Shown: positions 42,952 to 54,490, counted from the first letter of the stretch. The stretch: 64,000 nucleotides of DNA from Octopus sinensis (GCF_006345805.1 NW_021832282.1:62001-126000), one strand, 5' to 3'. Notes: generated by a model not told the origin, from the letters alone. Translations and numbers: made by a program.

Positions 42952-43369
42952 CTAGCTGGTGTGCCTGGTAATTCCTGGGGGTAAAGATGTTCTATTGAAA
43001 TGCCTTATTACTCTGCTACAAGAAAGCAATTTCGTTATAACTGCCACAAAAGATGAATTTTTTGTCATGGAAAAGTCAAAAAAACTGTCTGCTGGAGGAG
43101 TCAGAGATTGTTGGAGGTCGGCGAAAGGCAAAGACATTATTCTGCTTAGTGAAGGCATCTGGGTAATGTATAACTGCTGTCATTCATAGAAAAACTGTTG
43201 AGATTCTCCCTGGGGGTGCTGAGCACCCTCGTGGCTACGTGCCTGATTCTGCATGCTAAATCTTCGTTACTATGGCAACAGTCCGAATACTTATTGATCT
43301 GACCTTGTATGTATGTATATACGTTTAGCAATGCAAAAAAAGAAAACCGAACTCAAAACAAGATTGTAT

Positions 43370-45811
43370 ACTCTTTTACTTGTTTCAGTCATTTGACTGC
43401 GGCCATGCTGGAGCACCGCCTTTAGTCGAGCAAATCGACCCCGGGACTTATTCTTTTTGTAAGCCCAGTACTTATTCTATCGGTCTCTTTTTGCCGAACT
43501 ACTAAGTTTACTCTTTTACTTGTTTCAGTCATTTGACTGCGGCCATGCTGGAGCACCGCCTTTAGTCGAGCAAATCGACCCCGGGACTTATTCTTTTTGT
43601 AAGCCCAGTACTTATTCTATCAGTCTCTTTTGCCAAACCGCTAAGTTTACTCTTTTACTTGTTTCAGTCCTTTGACTGTCGCCATGCTGGAGCACCGCCT
43701 TTAGTCGAGCAAATCGACCCCGGGACTTATTCTTTTTGTAAGCCCAGTACTATTCTATTGGTCTGTTTTGCCGAACCACTAAGTTTACTCTTTTACTTGT
43801 TTCAGTCATTTGACTGCGGCCATGCTGGAGCACCGCCTTTAGTCGAGCAAATCGACCCCGGGACTTATTCTTTTGTAAGCCCAGTACTTATTCTATCGGT
43901 CTCTTTTTGCCGAACTACTAAGTTTACTCTTTTACTTGTTTCAGTCATTTGACTGCGGCCATGCTGGAGCACCGCCTTTAGTCGAGCAAATCGACCCCGG
44001 GACTTATTCTTTTTGTAAGCCCAGTACTTATTCTATTGGTCTGTTTTGCCGAACCACTAAGTTTACTCTTTTACTTGTTTCAGTCATTTGACTGCGGCCA
44101 TGCTGGAGCACCGCCTTTAGTCGAGCAAATCGACCCCGGGACTTATTCTTTTTGTAAGCCCAGTACTTATTCTATTGGTCTGTTTTGCCGAACCACTAAG
44201 TTTACTCTTTTACTTGTTTCAGTCATTGACTGCGGCCATGCTGGAGCACCGCCTTAGTCGAGCAAATCGACCCCGGGACTTATTCTTTTTGTAAGCCCAG
44301 TACTTATTCTATTGGTCTGTTTTGCCGAACCACTAAGTTTACTCTTTTACTTGTTTCAGTCATTTGACTGCGGCCATGCTGGAGCACCGCCTTTAGTCGA
44401 GCAAATCGACCCGGGACTTATTCTTTTTGTAAGCCCAGTACTTATTCTTGGTCTGTTTTGCCGAACCACTAAGTTTACTCTTTTACTTGTTTCAGTCATT
44501 TGACTGCGGCCATGCTGGAGCACCGCCTTTAGTCGAGCAAATCGACCCGGGACTTATTCTTTTTGTAAGCCCAGTACTTATTCTATTGGTCTGTTTTGCC
44601 GAACCACTAAGTTTACTCTTTTACTTGTTTCAGTCATTTGACTGCGGCCATGCTGGAGCACCGCTTTAGTCGAGCAAATCGACCCCGGGACTTATTTTTT
44701 GTAAGCCAGTACTTATTCTATTGGTCTGTTTTGCCGAACCACTAAGTTTACTCTTTTATTCATTGTTTCATTCAGTCTTGACTGCGGCCATGCTGGAGCA
44801 CCGCCTTTAGTCGAGCAAATCGACCCCGGGACTTATTCTTTTTGTAAGCCCAGTACTTATTCTATTGGTCTGTTTTGCCGAACCACTAAGTTTACTCTTT
44901 TACTTGTTTCAGTCATTTGACTGCGGCCATGCTGGAGCACCGCCTTTAGTCGAGCAAATCGACCCCGGGACTTATTCTTTTTGTAAGCCCAGTACTTATT
45001 CTATTGTCTGTTTGCCGAACCACTAAGTTTACTCTTTTACTTGTTTCAGTCATTTGACTGCGGCCATGCTGGAGCACCGCCTTTAGTCGAGCAAATCGAC
45101 CCCGGGACTTATTCTTTTTGTAAGCCCAGTACTTATTCTATTGGTCTCTTTTTGCCGAACCACTAAGTGACGGGGACGTAAGCACACCAGCATCGGTTGT
45201 CAAGCAATGCTAGGGGGGACAAACACACGCATATATATATATATATGGGCACGTAACAAACACCATCCGATCGTGGCCGTTCGCCAGCCTCATCTGGCAC
45301 CTGTGTCGGTGGCACATAAAAACACCATCCGAGCGTGGCCGTCTGCCAGCCTCGTCTGGCACCTGTGTCGGTGGCACATAAAAAACACCATCCGAGCGTG
45401 GCCGTTCGCCAGCCTCGTCTGGCACCTGTGTCGGTGGCACATAAAATCACCCACTACACTCTCGGAGTGGTTGGCATTAGGAAGGGCATCCAGCTGTAGA
45501 AACACTGCCAGATCTGACTGGCCTGGTGCAGCCTTCGGGCTCCCCAGACCCCAGTTGAACCGTCCAACCCATGCTAGCATGGAAAACGGACGCTAAATGA
45601 ATGATGATGATGATGATGATGATGATATATATATATATACATATATACGACAGGCTTCTTTCAGTTTCCGTCTACCAAATCCACTCACAAGGCATTGGTC
45701 GGCCCGGGGCTATAGCAGAAGACACTTGCCCAAGATGCCACGCAGTGGGACTGAACCCGGAACCATGTGGTTGGTTAGCAAGCTACTTACCACACAACCA
45801 CTCCTGCGCCT
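43370..45811 (-). mobile_element. One SINE family E copy whose 3'-terminal ~139 bp is amplified 13 times (43370-~45170); interrupted by another SINE-related insert
   Basis: ACTCTTTTACTTG units start at 43370, 43510, 43649, 43787, 43926, 44065, 44204, 44341, 44477, 44615, 44750, 44894 and 45031. The body continues to ~45228 and the tRNA-like head lies at ~45645-45811. Confidence 0.85.
45247..45626 (+). mobile_element. 63-bp-unit / RTE-tail SINE-related element (about 3 units) inserted into the TA tract of a SINE E copy
   Basis: Same units and (ATG)n tail as 40488-41101. Confidence 0.75.
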
Positions 45812-46094
45812 ATTATATGTGTATTTATTAAAATTTAGCAGAAGTAACAGAATGACCAAAGGGTCAAGAGTTCTTTGTGTTGGCACTCACCTATAAAAAC
45901 TAGTTACAAATGAAGGGACCACAAATTCATATACTAGTGATAATGGTATTTTCCTGGATAGTTCTGGAACAAACTGTAAGAGCAATTACCGTAAATCCTC
46001 GAGTATAATCCGCATTTTTTCCCCAAAATTTAAAGGTTTTGAAAAGACACAAACTAACACACTCTTAACCCTTTGCCTTAAACACCCACGCTTG

Positions 46095-46577
46095 GGATCT
46101 TTTCGGTTTGAACGGCAGTTTTTTCTAGCGGTGTCATATGAAATTGTCACTCATAATTATGACCCTAGTATCAATCTATTGCATTTCAATCTGTTTTAGG
46201 GTTAGAGTTAGGGTTGGGGGGAAGGGTATCTTTTTTTCTTCAGAAATGTAAATAAACCCAATCTGTTTCTTAAACGAGGGACATTTTCATGCGGCACAGA
46301 ATGTTTTTTAGCTCAATAGACGTCATTGATTGGTTGAAATTGTCACCCATCGTTATGACCCTAGTATTGATCTATTGCATTTCTATCTGTTTTAGGGTTA
46401 GGGGTCGGGGTAAGGGTATCTTTTTTTCTTCACAAATCTAAATAAACCCAATCTGTTTCTTAAACGAGGGACATTTTCATACGACACAGAATATTTTCAC
46501 CTGAATAGACGTCATTGATTGGTTGAAATTGTCACCCATCGTTATGACCCTAGTATCGATCTATTGCATTTCAATCT
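46095..46577 (+). mobile_element. MITE family C 5' part with an internal ~190-bp tandem duplication
   Basis: TIR GGATCTTTTCGGTTTGAACGGCAG at 46095; AAATTGTCAC restarts at 46141, 46337 and 46526. Confidence 0.75.
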
Positions 46578-46748
46578 AGTGCATACTATATATGAGGGCA
46601 AGTAGCCTGCAGTCTTATCCACTACACTATATGTATCTCATATATATAGAATACTGCATTGTCTTTGTTTCAATAATTTTATGTAATAAAGAAAACTTTA
46701 GTAAAATAACCTGATCATTACTAAGCCAGTGTTAGGAACACCAGTTTA

Positions 46749-47993
46749 CCATAAATCTTCGAGTATAATCCGCATTTTTCCCCCAAAATTTAAAGGTCAA
46801 AATCCCTAGTTCGTACTATATACGAGGTTAAAAATGAAAAATATTTTCTAAGCAATGTCCGAGTCTCTATTTGCTGTCCGGCAATGTTTATTCAGACGCA
46901 TTTTGTGATGTCGGGAGTGAAAATACCTTAAGCTAAGCCTGAAAGCAATGAAGTCATAAAAGAATCATCCATAACTTGCAGTAAGCAACATTTATTAAAC
47001 ATTATTACTGTTATTTCTTTATTTTCTGTAAACAAAATGCACAAAAAAGCTACACGTTTGCATTATGTTATACATGCAATAATAAATAAAGGACATTACC
47101 GTATACATTTTTACAAACTAAGGACGTTATATAGACCTCCGTGACTCAAGTTAGAGAAGGGGTGTGTATTATACACATGGTTTAGGTTTTTTAGAGGTAC
47201 AGCCCCTTAAAAATACCTTAAGCTAAACCTGAAAGCAATGAAGTCATAAAAGAATCATCCATAACTTGCAATAAGCAACATTTATTAAAATAAAAGTATT
47301 CAGAAATAAATGAAAGTGAATCTTCTGATATTGACTATGAATCTGACAATGCCAGAGATTTACATTACAATGATGCTGACATATTTCCGGAGGAACAAAC
47401 GGAACAGTTATTTGATGCTGAAAGTGATGTTGAATTTGAAGGATTTAAATAAATGTTTTTGCTTTTGCGACTGATAGTGATAAATATGTATAGGCAATTT
47501 ACTTAATATTTATTTTTCACTGGCGTTATTACTGTTATTTCTTTATTTTCTGCAAACAAAATGCACAAAAAAGCTACACATTTGCATTATGTTATATATA
47601 CAATAATAATAAAGGACATTACCGTATACAGTTTTACAAACCAAGGACGTTATATAGACCTCCTTGACTAAAGCGAGAGAAGGGGTGTGTATTATACACA
47701 AGGTTTAGGCTTTTCAGAGGTACAGCCCCCTAAAAATCTTTATTAAACGTTATTACTGTTATTTCTTTATTTTCTGAAAACAAAATGAACAAAAAAGCTA
47801 AACGTTTGCATTATGTTATATATATACAATAATAATAAAGGACGTTACCATATACAGTTTTACAAACCAAGGACGTTATATAGATCTCCTTGACCCAAGT
47901 TAGAGAAGGGGTGCGTATTATACACAAGGTTTAGGTTTTTCAGAGGTACAGCTCCCTAAAAATCCCCTGCGTATTATACTCAAAGATTTACGG
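46749..47993 (+). mobile_element. Non-autonomous Tc1/mariner-superfamily (pogo/Tc2-like) element with internal ~220-bp repeats and a transposase C-terminal remnant
   Basis: TA|CCATAAATCTTCGAGTATAA ... TTATACTCAAAGATTTACGG|TA. Acidic frame 47300-47452 ends LFDAESDVEFEGFK*. An orphan second left end lies at 45989-46037. Confidence 0.7.
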
Positions 47994-48235
47994 TACATCA
48001 CATGCATAAATCGTATTTTTCCAATAGTGTTTCGATTACACTGTTCAATAAATAAAGAAACTTCATGCATACTTTCAATAAAAATACCAATATTGATCAA
48101 ATTACTGGCAATATCAAAGAGGAAAATAAGGATATAAGAAAAATATGGTAGCACACTTATTGAATTGTGAATATCAAAAAATGAATTTAGGCATTGAAAA
48201 AAATTGCTGTTTTGTATGTAAACACACGTGCTTTT

Positions 48236-48901
48236 GTTGTGTTTGTTCCTTCTCGAGCCATGTCTGGCTCATAAGGGCCGGTTTCCCGGTTTCCTTGGCA
48301 TATAGGTTCCCCACCTGAACGGGATGCCGGTCCGTCACAGGTGAGCAGCAAGATGCAGGAAGAAAGAGTGAGAGAAGTTGAGAAAGTTGTGGCAGAAGTT
48401 TCGCTATTACCTTCTGCCGGAGCCGCGTGGAGCTTAGGTGTTTCGCTCATAAACACACACATTGTCCGGTCTGAGATTCGAACCCGCGATACCTCGACCG
48501 CGAGTCCGCTGCTCTAACCACTAGGCCATGTGCCTCCACATGTGGCCTAGTTATTAGGCTGTTGCACTTACAATTGGTAGATTGTGGATTCAATTCTCTT
48601 GTTTGTTCCTTCTTGAGCCATGCCTGGCTCATAAGGGCCAGTTTCCTGGTTTCCTTGGCGTATAGGTTCCCCACCTGGATGGGACGCCGGTCCATCACAG
48701 GTGAGCTGCAAGATGCAGGAGGAAAGAGTGAGAGAAAGTTGTGGCGAAAGAGTCAGCAGAAGTTTCGCCATTACCTTCTGCCAGAGCCGCGAGGAGCTTA
48801 GGTGTTTCGCTCATAAACACACACATCGTCCGGTCTGAGATTCGAGCCCACGATCCCTCGACCGCAAGCCCGATGCTCTAACCACTAGGCCATGTGCCTC
48901 C
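48236..48901 (-). mobile_element. Head-to-tail dimer of a tRNA-derived SINE (family F, related to B) within a single 14-bp TSD
   Basis: Two copies, each with a GGAGGCACATGGCCTAGTGGTTAGAG head. ACACACGTGCTTTT at 48222-48235 and 48902-48915. Confidence 0.75.
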
Positions 48902-48911
48902 ACACACGTGC

Positions 48912-49064
48912 TTTTTTATGCAACTTCTTTTGAGAGTATGATTTGCCAGAGATATTGCAGTGATATGGTTTCGTTCTTGTGTGTGTATGTTGGGGGCTTC
49001 ATTAAGTTTCCATTTCAAGAGAATGATTCACAACAGATACGGTTTCACACTGATATTTTTTCTC
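48912..49064 (-). pseudogene. Decayed C2H2 zinc-finger repeats downstream of the intact ORF
   Basis: Minus strand gives [20 protein letters not shown], then HTHTRTKPYHCNISGKSYSQK in a shifted frame. Confidence 0.65.
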
Positions 49065-49870
49065 GCATCTTTTCCGTTTGACCGGCAGTTTTTTAAAATA
49101 ATTTCCACGTAACTAAACACTTTTAAACTTCGTATACTGGTAGAATGTGTTTATTCCTTTATTCTCTTGAAAAACGCCGCCGCTGTGGTGATCTCATTCT
49201 CGCCCACAACATCATAAGCAGGAAGTGTAACCTCTCAAAAGAGCTGTTCTTCACTCCTGCTCCAGAGCGTCAGCTGCGGGGTCATTCCGAAAAGCTCTAC
49301 CTGCGACGATTTCATCTCAATCGAAGGAGAGGAGCTTTCTCCGTCCGGGTTGCGGATCCGTGGAACAAGCTGCCAGACGAGATGGTGTAGATGCCGATGA
49401 CCGCTTTGTTCAAAGCCTCCCTGGACTTCAAGTGGCCTGAACTCTTTACATGAACACCACCCTGTACTTAACTCCATGTCCCCCTACATGGCCTTGCTAT
49501 TTGCTTTTGAGCCAAATTAACTAACTAACTAACTAACATAAAACATCTTTTTCTCTTGGCTTTATTGAGAAAATTCTATAATTTGTAAGATATTTGTTGT
49601 TTTTTTTCTTCAATTTCTGCAATTTCAACCAATCACTGACGTCTATTGAGGTAAAAAAACATTCCGTGTCGTATGAATATGTCCCTCGTTTAAGAAACAG
49701 ATTGGGTTTATTTACATTTCTGAAGAAAAAAGATACCCTTCCCCCACCCCTAACTAACTCTAACCCTAAAACAGATTGAAATGCAATAGATCAATACTAG
49801 GGTCATAATTATGGGTGACAATTTCATATGACACCACTAGAAAAAACTGCCGTTCAAACTGAAAAGATCC
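49065..49870 (-). mobile_element. MITE family C, complete, with a nested CR1 fragment
   Basis: TIRs GCATCTTTTCCGTTTGACCGGCAG / CTGCCGTTCAAACTGAAAAGATCC. Flanks TTTTTCTC and TTTTTTTC (7/8 match). Confidence 0.75.
49155..49537 (+). mobile_element. CR1-clade LINE 3' fragment with a (TAAC)n tail
   Basis: LEKRRRCGDLI...LRGHSEKL...FSVRVADPWNKLP matches the CR1 ORF2 C-terminus pattern; it splits the MITE sequence GTGTTTAT|AAAACATC. Confidence 0.8.
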
Positions 49871-49879
49871 TTTTTTTCG

Positions 49880-50300
49880 TCACAAATGTAAATAAACCCA
49901 AACTGTTTCTTAAACGAGGGACATATTCATACGGCACAGAATGTTTTCACCTCAATAGACGTCATTGATTGGTTGAAATTGCAGAAATTGAAGCAAAAAA
50001 AAACAACAAATATCTTACAAACCATAGAATTTTGTCAAGAAAGCCAAGAGAAAAAGATGTTTTATAAACACATTCTACCAGTATACGAAGTTTAAAAGCG
50101 TTTAGTTACGTGGAAAATATTTTTAAAAACTGCCGTTCAAACCGAAAAGTTCCCAAATATCTTACAAACTATAGAATTTTCTCAATAAAGCCAAGAGAAA
50201 AAGATGTTTTATAAACACATTCTACCAGTATACGAAGTTTAAAAGTGTTTAGTTACATAGAAATTATTTTAGAAAACTGCCGTTCAAACCGAAAAGATCC
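49880..50300 (+). mobile_element. MITE family C, 5'-truncated, with two 147-bp terminal units
   Basis: Terminal units end AAACCGAAAAGTTCC (~50153) and AAACCGAAAAGATCC (50300). Confidence 0.75.
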
Positions 50301-50334
50301 GAGAGAACAATTTACCACAGATATTGGTGTTTAG

Positions 50335-51504
50335 TTAAGTTTTCATTTCAAGAGAATGATTTACAACAGATACATCACACTGATACGGTTTCTCTCCTGT
50401 ATGAATGCATTTATGAGTAGTTAAATTACCGCTTTGAGAGAATGATTTATCACAGATATCACAATGAAATGGCTTCTCTCCTGTATGAATACGTCTATGT
50501 TTGGTCAAGTTACCACTTTGCGAAAACGATTTACCACAGATATCGCAATGATATGGTCTCTCTCCTGTGTGAATTCGCTGGTGTTTAGTTAAGCAATGCT
50601 TTAGTGAGAAAGATTTACCACAAATGTTGCAGTGGTTTGGTTTTTCACCTGAATGAACGAATTTATGAGACATCACGTTACGATTTTGAGAGAATGACTC
50701 TCCGCAGATATCACACTGGTATGGCTTCTCGCCCGTATGAATACGTTTGTGTGTAGTGAGGTTAGTTTTCTGAGAGAAAGATTTACCACAGATATCGCAA
50801 TGATACGGCTCCTCTCCAGTATGAATACGTTTATGAGTAGTCAAATCGCTACTGTGAGAGAATGATTTCCCACAGATATCACAGTGATATGGTTTCTCTC
50901 CCGTATGAATACGTTTATGAGCAGTTAAGTTACTACTTTCAGAGAATGACTTAACACAGATATCACACTGATATGGCTTCTCTCCAGTATGGCTACGTTT
51001 GTGTTTCGTTAGGAGATGCATAAGTGAAAACGATTTACCACAGATATCACACTCATTCGGTTTTCCCCCGGTATGAATGTATTTATGAGACGTCAGGTGG
51101 TGATTCTGAAAAAAAGATTTACCACAGATATCACAGCGATATGGCTTCTCTCCCGTATGAACACGTTTGTGGATAGTGAGAAAAACGTTTTGAGAGAACG
51201 ATATACCGCAGATATCACAGTGATATGGTTTCTCCCCTGTATGGATACGCTTGTGAGTTGTTAAGTTCCCTTTCTGAGAGAATGATTTACCACAGATATC
51301 ACAGTGATGTGGCTTCTCACCCGTATGAATACGCTTGTGCATAGTGAGATAAACATTTTGAGAGAAGGACTTACCACACGTGTCACAGTGATATGGCTTC
51401 TCCTCTGACCGATTACACTTATGGCTATTCAAGTTCCGTTTCTGAGAGAATGATTTACCACAGATATCACAGTAAAATGGTGATTTTTCTATCCCCTTCA
51501 GCAT
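50335..51504 (-). CDS. Tandem C2H2 zinc-finger protein (389 aa; 12 canonical fingers, 1 degenerate N-terminal finger, frameshifted tail)
   Basis: Repeated CxxC-x12-H-x3-H with TGEKPY linkers. The ATG is preceded by in-frame stops, and no effector domain is visible in this exon. Confidence 0.9.
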   Translation of the reverse strand: MLKGIEKSPFYCDICGKSFSQKRNLNSHKCNRSEEKPYHCDTCGKSFSQNVYLTMHKRIHTGEKPHHCDICGKSFSQKGNLTTHKRIHTGEKPYHCDICGISFSQNVFLTIHKRVHTGEKPYRCDICGKSFFQNHHLTSHKYIHTGGKPNECDICGKSFSLMHLLTKHKRSHTGEKPYQCDICVKSFSESSNLTAHKRIHTGEKPYHCDICGKSFSHSSDLTTHKRIHTGEEPYHCDICGKSFSQKTNLTTHKRIHTGEKPYQCDICGESFSQNRNVMSHKFVHSGEKPNHCNICGKSFSLKHCLTKHQRIHTGERPYHCDICGKSFSQSGNLTKHRRIHTGEKPFHCDICDKSFSQSGNLTTHKCIHTGEKPYQCDVSVVNHSLEMKT

Positions 51505-51900
51505 ATCTTCACTTAAAATTAACCTTTTATAAGTCCTTCACATTAATTAATTTTCCTTTACCTTTCTTCTTTCACCACAATAGACACATAGAATTCTTGT
51601 TTTTGTTCTTGTATAATATTTCTTACAAATATTTTACATTTCCCATCAACCGCAATCTCCACCGATATCTGAAGAAGCTGCAAATTCCTTTGTAAATTTA
51701 TTAACAAGTCCATGTTGCACATAATTCAGACAGTGAAAGAGAGAGATATCGCTGTTCACCTCTGTAATTCCCCACAGAGTTAGAGAAACAGTATTACATC
51801 TGGTTTGTATAACATGTTCTTTTAGTCTTTTAAAAGACAATTCAATATCGATGAAGGGCCTGATGGAGAAATGATCATTATGCCAATATCATCTGATATT

Positions 51901-51925
51901 CTGAAATAAAAGAGAAAGAAAATGG
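51901..51925 (-). promoter_or_regulatory. Putative 3' splice acceptor for the zinc-finger exon
   Basis: Minus strand reads CCATTTTCTTTCTCTTTTATTTCAG|AATATC: a strong pyrimidine tract plus AG, implying ~396 nt of 5' UTR before the ATG at 51504. Confidence 0.55.
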
Positions 51926-51944
51926 TAAGATATAGAAGATATTT

Positions 51945-54490
51945 AAACAGCAGAGACACAATAGAGGACATTTTATTACTTTTCTATAACAATAATATAG
52001 ACACAATGTGAAGGCGCATGGCTCAGTGGTTCGTGAGGTTGTGAGTTCGAATCCCGGACAAAATCAAAACATTTCACTTATCGAATTTCCGTGGGTTGTG
52101 GAGTATAGATATTTTCAACTTGAAGAAAAATATCCTTGCATATTTCGTTTGTGTATGTAAAATCCGTGCTTCGTTTGTGTATGTAAAATCCGCAAATTTC
52201 CAAGCAGAAAACAGAATCGAACTGTCATTTGCTTCCACGGAAATAGCCGAAGTGAAATGTTTTGATTTTGTCGAGTTATAATCGAAAGAATGCCGATAAT
52301 TTCCTATTTGAAGATCGTAAAATCGAATTTGTTTTAGTCTCAATTTCATTCCAATTCGATTAGTATATATCGTGGACGCCCAGCTGCTCCTTGTTTTATT
52401 GTGTATTCCAACGAAATACATTTCGTTTTCGGATTTGGTTTGCAAGATTCTTTATATGAGTTCGTGTGTTGAAGCATATTCTGTTGTGTCTGGGGAGAGT
52501 CGTTTGCTTCTACGGAAACACCCGAAGTGAAATGTTTTGATTTTGTCGAGTTATATCGAAAGAATGCCGTTTAAATTTCATTTCATCTCGATTAGCATGT
52601 CTTGGGGGACACCCTGTTGTTCTTCGTTTTATTGTGAATTCCAACGAAATACTTCCAGATCATCAGATAACATAGTAATTCAACATTGCAACTATTACAA
52701 CATCAACACTGTTTTATTGTGAATTCCAACGAAAAACATTCCGTTTTCGGATTCGGTTTGCAAGATTCTTTATATGAGTTCGTGTGTTGAAGCATATTCT
52801 GTTGTGTCTGGGGAGAGTCGTTTTTTTTGTGCCTTATAAGCTAACACACTCACCGGTAAAATTTCCACTTATTTCTTAATTTTATTTCCCTAAAATTTCT
52901 GTTGCGTCTTGCAACCTTTTCAAAAGGAAAATAAAAATAAGAAATAAGTGGAAATTTTACCGGTGAGTGTGTTAGATTATAAGGCATAAAAAAAGAAAAT
53001 GACTCTCCCCAAACAACGAAATACTTAAAGATCATCAGATAATCAATTAAAGCCATACAATTACGATGCTGGTTCGATCTTTCTCAGATTCAGCTACTTG
53101 TATTAGATTATAAGACACAAAAAGAAAATGACTCTCCCCAGACACAACAAAATATGCTTCAACACACGAACTCATATAAAGAATCTTGCAAACCAAATCC
53201 CAAAACGAAATGTTTTTCGTTGTAATTCACAATAAAACAGTGTTGATGCTGTAATATTTGCAATGTTGAATTGCTATTTTATCTGAAGATCTGGAAGTAT
53301 TTCGTTAGAATTCACAATAAAACGAAGAACAGCAGGGTGTCCCCCCCCCCCCCAAGACATGCTAATCGAGATGAAATGAAATTTAAACGGCATTCTTTCG
53401 ATATAACTCGACAAAATCAAAACATTTCACTTCGGGTGTTTCCGTAGAAGCAAACGACTCTCACCAGACACAACAGAACATGCTTCAACACGAACTCATA
53501 AAAAGAATCTTGCAAACCAAATCCGAAAGCGAAATGTATTTCGTTTTAATTCTCAATAAAACAGTGTTGATGTTGTAATATTTGCAGCGAAATACTTACA
53601 GATCAGCCCATAATCAATTAAAGCCTTACAATTACGATACTGGTTCGATCTTTCTCAGATCCAGCTACTTGTATTGCTTTGTGTCCTCGCCGTGGATTGT
53701 TGAACAATTCTCAAATATGTCCAGGGCGAAACTCGATTAAATATAAATCAAAACATTTCACTTCGGCTATTTCCGCGGAAGCAGATAACAGTTCGATTCT
53801 GTTTTCTGCTTGGAAATTTGCGGATTTTACATACACACGTGAAACGGGTAAGAACAAATATGCAAGGCTTTTTTTTCTTCTAATTTCGTTATATCTATAC
53901 TCCACAACCCACGGAAATTCAATAAGTGAAATGTTTTGATTTTGTCCGGGATTCGAACTCACAACCTCACGAACCACTGGGCCACGCGCCTTCACATTGT
54001 GTGGTGATCTTTCGTCTCTAGTAGACCTTTCCGTCGATTTCCGTAAAAAATTTTTTTTTTTTACATATGGGCTTGCGGGAACTTTTGAAGTAATATACAT
54101 ACATATACACATACACCGAGTAAAAAATTTCAGTTATCTCTTTCTTTCACACATTACTCTCTCTGTCTCTTCACACACACTAACAGAAGCACTTCACTTA
54201 CACAACATACTGTCTGTCTCCCACACCCCATCAAACACACACACACACATATACATCAATGCTCCCATGCACGGTAACTTCAAAAGAACTTCCCTCGTCA
54301 TACAATCGCTTTCTCTTAGTCTCTTTCGCTCTCATTACTTCAAAAGTTCCCGCAAGCCTATATGTAAAAACAAAATTAATTTTTTTACGGAAATCGACAG
54401 AAAGGTCTACTAGAGACGAAAGATCGCCCATTGTGTCTATATTATTATTATTATAGAAAAGTAATGTCCACTGTTGTGTCTCTGCTGTTT
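51945..54490. repeat. ~2.5-kb imperfect palindrome / foldback-like structure
   Basis: Arms ~51945-52890 and ~52926-54490 are reverse complements, e.g. CTAACACACTCACCGGTAAAATTTCCACTTATTTCTT vs AAGAAATAAGTGGAAATTTTACCGGTGAGTGTGTTAG, and AAACAGCAGAGACACAA vs TTGTGTCTCTGCTGTTT. The spacer is ~35 bp. Confidence 0.85.
54003..54428. mobile_element. MITE D, ~92-bp TIRs, perfect 8-bp TSD
   Basis: CATTGTGT|GGTGATCTTTCGTCTCTAGTAGACC ... GGTCTACTAGAGACGAAAGATCGCC|CATTGTGT. Confidence 0.85.

Noticed and set aside
42950-43365. Possible Helitron-type end (ATACTAGCTGG... after the TA tract)
   Set aside because: Resemblance is limited to a few bases; no matching terminal hairpin or second copy in the window.
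52009-52057. tRNA gene
   Set aside because: A and B boxes are present but the anticodon arm and acceptor stem are not; it is a SINE-type head. The same applies to the other tRNA-like heads in the window.
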